Part shown: positions 58,711-64,000 of the stretch, piece by piece
How positions within the stretch are numbered: the first letter of the stretch is position 1
How the letters are laid out: every line of letters begins with the position of its first letter
Assembly (NCBI RefSeq): GCF_000002865.3
Contig: NW_001865080.1
Span: forward strand, 185,716 to 249,715
Direction: 5' to 3'
Source of the DNA: Monosiga brevicollis MX1
Lineage: Eukaryota
DNA length: 64,000 nucleotides
Notes under the pieces: model-generated
Database searches by the model: none
Seen by the model: only the letters and a program-made list of their open reading frames with translations
What the model was told of the DNA's origin: nothing
Program-made: the position numbers and the translations under genes

Positions 58711-58973
58711 CTTTTCATTTCCTCGAGAACGTGCAAGCAAGCTCTGGGTTAATTCGCCCCGTGAAGCCAACATGCACTGACAATCATGTTTGTGGATCCC
58801 AGGCGCTTTTGCACCATGGCCGGTCGGCTGCCGCACGCGTTCTTTTTGTTGAGGAAGATTTGCTCCTCCTTTTTTCTTCTGCTTCTTCTTCTTAAATTAA
58901 AAGGCTGCATCTCCAACGTGTTTCAGGCCAAGTCAAATTACTCGCCCAACGCACGCATATCATGAGCCACACG

Positions 58974-60359
58974 CTAAAGGTACCGTGCAAAGTAGCCCCA
59001 CATGCCGTCATTGCGGTACCAAGCAATCTTGTCGTCGGAATAGCTGGCACTGAGCACATCCACGTGGCCATCGTTGTCCAGGTCGGCGGCAGATACACCC
59101 CGCACAGTGTCCAAGGCATTACTCAGCAGGATGCCTGATGAAAATGTACCATCACCCTCGTTGCGGTGCCATTGAACTGTATTCACGGACCCCGTGCTCG
59201 CCGTTCCATGTATGATATCCTGGTCCCTGTCTCCGTCCAAGTCGGCGGCGTAAACAGCAAAGGTGAAGGAGTTGGCGAGGTGCGAGATGTTGACGGGAGC
59301 CGAAGCAAAGACTCCATTTCCCGCGTTCCACCTCACCGTTACGCCTTCCGAGTAGGTGCCTGTGAGCACATCTGGTACACCGTCTTGATTAAAATCTGCC
59401 ACATGCAGCGCATAGCCGTAGTTCCCGCTTTGGGCTATGGTGGATTGGGGGCCAAAGGAGGCGTCACCTTGATTAGCAAACCATGCGAGCATGCCGGTCT
59501 CCGCGGAGAGGACGAGGACGTCCGGAAAGGTGTCACCATTGATATCCACAGCCACGACACAGGCGATGTCAATGCTAGAGGGCATAATGCCGAGGGGAGT
59601 ACCAAAGTCGCCCGAGCCGTTGTTGCGATACCAGGCCACGCTAGGGCTGGCGGCACTCGCACTCAGCACGTCCATGTCACCATCGCCGTCCAGATCAGCA
59701 GCGTACACGGCTTTGGCGTTGGTGGCAGCTTGAGTGATCACCTTTTGCCCAGAAAACGTGCCGTTGCCAAAGTTGCGGTACCAGGCCACTTTGTGGTCCG
59801 TAGAACTGGCGCTGACGACATCAATATGATCATCACCATCAATGTCAACGGCAAACACGCTCATGGCTCCTAATGCTTCGCGCGTAATGACGCTCTGTGA
59901 CGCAAAGGTACCATTGCCTAAATTGCGGCTCCAGGCAATTTTGGCATCCCCGGAGCTGGCGCTGAGGACATCGCAGTACCCATCGCCATCAAGGTCGACA
60001 GCAGTCACGGCTCGTGCCCCGTTGGCTTCGATGGTTATGACTCGTTGCGAAGGTGGGACCCAGGCCGAGCCCGGATCAGAGCGGAAGATAATGTCAAAGT
60101 TGGCTTCATACCGCTGTTGCGTGGCGCGCACCTGCTGCAACTGCTCAATAATGTCGATCCCGTTGACCACGACCCGACTGCTCGTGTTGATGTAAAGCGT
60201 ACCGTCATCACCAACCGCCAGGATTGGGTCGTTGTCCAAGCCATTGGCGCCAGCCCATGCAGCCAAGCACAACCCCACCATGATCCACGTCAATCGCCTC
60301 CCCCCTCCTCGTCCATGATCACACCCGAACATGACAGTTCTCATTGCCTTTATCGCCAT
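58974..60359 (-). CDS. Secreted FG-GAP/VCBS-repeat beta-propeller protein; essentially intronless
   Basis: Signal peptide (IMVGLCLAAWAGA) and seven DxDGDG/DFNQDG Ca-binding repeats, each followed by an (I/V)AWYRN.G-like segment. The ATG could be 60359 or 60332. Confidence 0.88.
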   Translation of the reverse strand: MAIKAMRTVMFGCDHGRGGGRRLTWIMVGLCLAAWAGANGLDNDPILAVGDDGTLYINTSSRVVVNGIDIIEQLQQVRATQQRYEANFDIIFRSDPGSAWVPPSQRVITIEANGARAVTAVDLDGDGYCDVLSASSGDAKIAWSRNLGNGTFASQSVITREALGAMSVFAVDIDGDDHIDVVSASSTDHKVAWYRNFGNGTFSGQKVITQAATNAKAVYAADLDGDGDMDVLSASAASPSVAWYRNNGSGDFGTPLGIMPSSIDIACVVAVDINGDTFPDVLVLSAETGMLAWFANQGDASFGPQSTIAQSGNYGYALHVADFNQDGVPDVLTGTYSEGVTVRWNAGNGVFASAPVNISHLANSFTFAVYAADLDGDRDQDIIHGTASTGSVNTVQWHRNEGDGTFSSGILLSNALDTVRGVSAADLDNDGHVDVLSASYSDDKIAWYRNDGMWGYFARYL

Positions 60360-60441
60360 TCTGATCAAATTCTGTGCAGCTCGTTGACGCCAGCTGCCCC
60401 GCCCACCGCGAAGAGCTCCCCGCTGCCACAGGAAAAAAAAG

Positions 60442-60485
<44 letters not shown>

Positions 60486-60683
60486 CCAACAAGATTTGTC
60501 TGACAAACACACACAAGTTTTTGTCTGACATTTGAGTCGTTGCTTGCAAGGCCTTGTTTCAATCGCTGGCTTGCTGCCTTGCTGCACGGGTTCGGTCAGC
60601 CAGTGATGTCGTTAATTTTTTTTTTTTAAAAAGCACCCGTGCTTGGGAGTCCGTGTTCTTTCGTCAACACGCTGCTCGTCATC

Positions 60684-63005
60684 ATGGTTGGGTCAAAGCC
60701 CGTGCACCTGCCGTTGCGTCCAGTGCGGTTGATTCTCTGGATTGGCTTGGCCGTTGCCGTCTCGATTCTGGGTGCAGTGTGCGCACGCCCCAGCGCCGTG
60801 CTGCAGACAGCAGCAGCACCAGGTTCAATGGTGTTTCCGGGTGACATTGGCTGCAATTTGAGCCAAGTGCCGCCTGGCGTGGTTCAGGTCCAGGGCAGCG
60901 TCAACCTGAATTGGTGTCAAACCCTCACGTCGGCAGATATCGACATCCTTCGCACCGTGGAGGTCATTGATGGAGGCCTTTTCATATACGTAAGACGCGC
61001 GCCGTTTTTTACTGTTGGGTTTCAAAAGGATGGCACACATGTAGTCTGCGAAACAAATGGAAAAAACAACCCCCCTCTTGACCTTGATCTTCCGCTTCTG
61101 CTTCATTCTAAATTTTGACCGCTCGTGTTGGACAGCGATGTGATCTACTCACCAACATTGACGGTCTGTCAAGCCTGCGGGCAGTGGGCGAACAACTCAT
61201 GCTCTACGTAAGCGCCGAAAGAACATGCTCATGATAGTTCTGAGTCTCAACGTTTTGGTGCTTTGTGGCACGAGCTGCTTATTCCTGACCGCTATTGCTC
61301 GTAGAGGAATGGTGGTCTTACCAACGTGGATGGCTTGGGCAATCTGACGGACGTGGGAGGTGACGTATTCTTTCGGGTCTGTTTGATCAGCTTCCCGGGT
61401 TAAGCTTACGTTAGCACAGACTTCCCGTGTCTGCTCCATTCATGCAACTACCACATGGGCACTTAGCATAATTTTGCGCTGACGAATTTGGATGGACTGC
61501 ACGGGCTCACTCATGTGAACGATGCCCTCACCATTGATGTATGGCCTTACGCTTGGCGGCCAGAGCGCGTTTTACTAGCACTTTGATCTATGTGTTGAGC
61601 GTACCTCCAAAGATTGCATTTCCTCACCCTTTGCAACATGTTAACAGACGCTCGATCAGCTGGTCAACATCGATGGCTTACGCGGCATTGTGGTAGTTAA
61701 AGGCGATATCTTGATCAACGTATGAGTTTAGTCTGTAGATCATGACGGGCTTGTTGCCGCTAGTCATACCTGTGTTAGAGCAAAGGTCCTCCAACAATGC
61801 GTAGCAACACTGCTCTATGTGACCTATCGTCCTGCACCGCTATATCTTCATGCGCAGGCAAACCCTGCACTAGAGCAGATAGACGGCTTGAATTCGCTCA
61901 TCTATGCCCTTGGCAGGTTCCAAATCTCGGTGAGTTTCTCTGGGGGTTTATTGAAATTTGATCTACGACGGCACTGACCTCGCTTGAGATGTTGGTTTCC
62001 CACAAAAGGGCAACACGGCATTGACGCAACTTGACGGCCTGAACAGCCTTAGTTCAGTTGGAGGCGACCTTTCCATTTTTGTGAGTCATGCTTTGCCACA
62101 GCGTTGTGTGAAAATTTTGTAAACATCTCAGTTGATGCTCTGACGGCTCCTGTAGGCCAATCCTAATATAAAGAGTGTGGTCGGCCTGCAAAAGTTGGGG
62201 AGTGTCGGCGATTCCGTCTTTCTTTCGGTGAGCCTGGCTGTTTCCAATGAGCCTCGCGGTAGCTTGTCGACTCACGTTGAATCAATGTGTGGCTACCTAG
62301 CAAAACATTGCATTGACCCATGTGCAAGGCATGAACAAGCTTATGTTTGTCACGGGTTCTGTGTTTGTCAGCGTAAGTACCGGCCGACGGCCTCGGGCGT
62401 GTGCTCGCTGATGCTCCAAGTCTAATTTTCGTATTTGACTTTGCACTGACATGTTGATTGGCATGATCAATAGCACAACGTTGCACTGACTTCCTTTGAC
62501 GGGTTGCAACAACTCTCGCTTGTTCGCTCGGACGTTTGTTTCTGCGACAACCCCATCTCCAACATAAGTGCGATTGCCAGTCAGCTTGCTAGCGTTGGCA
62601 ATCTCAGCAGCCCATGTCATTTCTTTTCCGTGCAAAGTTGTCCAGCTTGTGCTTGACATTACATGCGTGAAGCAGTCTGTGCGCTACTCTCTTTGTCTGC
62701 GTGAAGTGCTGTTGCCGTTGAGAGCAATTGAATGCCGCTTGTTACAGCGGTGATTGCATCCAAGACAAACAATCTGCCTTTGTGGGGAAAAGAGAGGCAA
62801 GAGCAGCAACGCAACGATAGCGAGATCTTTCATGCTCAAAGATGGTGGGGATGAACCAGCTTGCCCAGCCGACCAACGCACCTGTTCATCCCCCGACATC
62901 GGAAACGCGGGTTGTAAGTGCGTCAGCGATCAAGCCTGGACAGTCATGCCCTGGTGATGAGCAGCTTCAGAGGGCTTTCTGGTGCCTTCCCGTACACCAG
63001 GCTAA
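60684..63005 (+). CDS. Secreted receptor L-domain / LRR-like repeat protein, one 24-aa repeat per exon; 3' end approximate
   Basis: Signal peptide exon 60684-60989, then eight 72-nt exons translating to xNxxLTNIDGLxxLxxVGGxLxIx repeats (for example GNTALTQLDGLNSLSSVGGDLSIF). Confidence 0.88.
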
Positions 63006-63678
63006 GCTGTGACCCGAACTAGCCTCACAACCAACAGCTTCCTGATTCCTGAACCGCCGGGTGCCCTAATTGAATTGCCTGTATCTAGGCCCAAAACGAC
63101 AATCCTGTGTCTTCAAATCCGAAATTTTTTTGACATCCAAATGTAAAAATTGTTAAATTTTTAAAATTTAAAAGTTGTTGTTGCGTAACCATTTGACTCG
63201 TTTTTAATTTTTTTTTCTTGTTCTTGCCGTCTACTTTCCCGTCGGCGGTGTTGCTTGAGTTGAGCTGTCGTGCTCGCGCGCTGGCTGTTTGTGCGTGACT
63301 GCGCACTTCATCTCTCATTGGCAGGGTGGTGCTTACCTGGTTGGTTCTTGTCGCGACGCCAGAACGTGCGGCACGGTGAGACATTGTGAGCGCTATCGCA
63401 TGCTTGTTGTTTTGTGCCTGCACCAGTCGGACAAAGGACGTGCTGATTGGCAGCTGCACCTGTCTGTGCTTGGTGTGAGTAGCTCGGTCATCTTTACGAT
63501 CAATCAACGCGGGGTAAGCCAGGCCAGCTGACCGGCTGCCGTTTCACCGTTGAACTCTCAGACAATGGTTGGAATTGGAAGCGGTTCATTCGATTGATCT
63601 TCTTCTTCTTCACATGTCAGCAGCGCTTGGATGCAGGCCGGCCGAGCGAATGGTGGAGTTGTGTGGAGTTCCATTACC

Positions 63679-64000
63679 ATGAGTTCGGATGAAGAGCAGC
63701 TGTTGGATGCGTGCAACTCATCAGATCCAAAAGAGGCGCTGCAACTGTTGAACAATTGGGCCCCACCACGCATTCGATCCGCTGCGCCTTGCAAGGACGA
63801 GGTACAAATGCTTTTTGAGAACGGTGGTGTTGTCATGCGTTCGTTCCTTTGGGGTGCGGATGTGGACTCTGGTACAGCATGGAACATGAATGTGACACTT
63901 GTACGTGTGGCCCATCAACCCACAGAATGGCTGGACGCCACTGCACTGGGCCTGCTATAACGGTCATGTGAAGGCGTCGGAAATGCTGTTGAACCACGGC
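63679..64000 (+). CDS. Ankyrin-repeat protein, 5' part; continues beyond window end
   Basis: MSSDEEQLLDAC...CKDE|GT intron AG|NGWTPLHWACYNGHVKASEMLLNHG, a canonical ankyrin repeat. Confidence 0.85.

Overview
Eukaryotic genomic DNA: gene-dense, GC-rich, with many short GT-AG introns and (CA/TG)n, (GA)n and poly-A/T tracts. The gene content (axonemal dynein, CFAP161, a receptor tyrosine kinase, SH2/SH3 adaptors, bacterial-like enzymes) suggests a choanoflagellate such as Monosiga; this is inference, not a database match. I can support about 23 protein-coding genes and one tRNA-Pro(TGG), and I see no CRISPR array or transposase. Most short ORFs in the track are antisense or microsatellite artefacts, and the real genes had to be spliced by hand, so internal exon boundaries are approximate unless stated. 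The most notable observations are: an RTK with a complete extracellular N-terminal C2 domain spread over five small exons; an E2F-family protein apparently lacking the RRxYD DNA-recognition motif; a roughly 86-nt hairpin between two convergent genes; two phosphotyrosine adaptors with unusual domain mixes (SAM-pY cluster-SAM-SH3-SH2 and PH-SH2-PTB-SH3); a tandem two-domain cathepsin Z; an L-domain/LRR gene built from eight exact 72-nt phase-0 exons; a divergent GH16-like secreted protein; and horizontal-transfer candidates.
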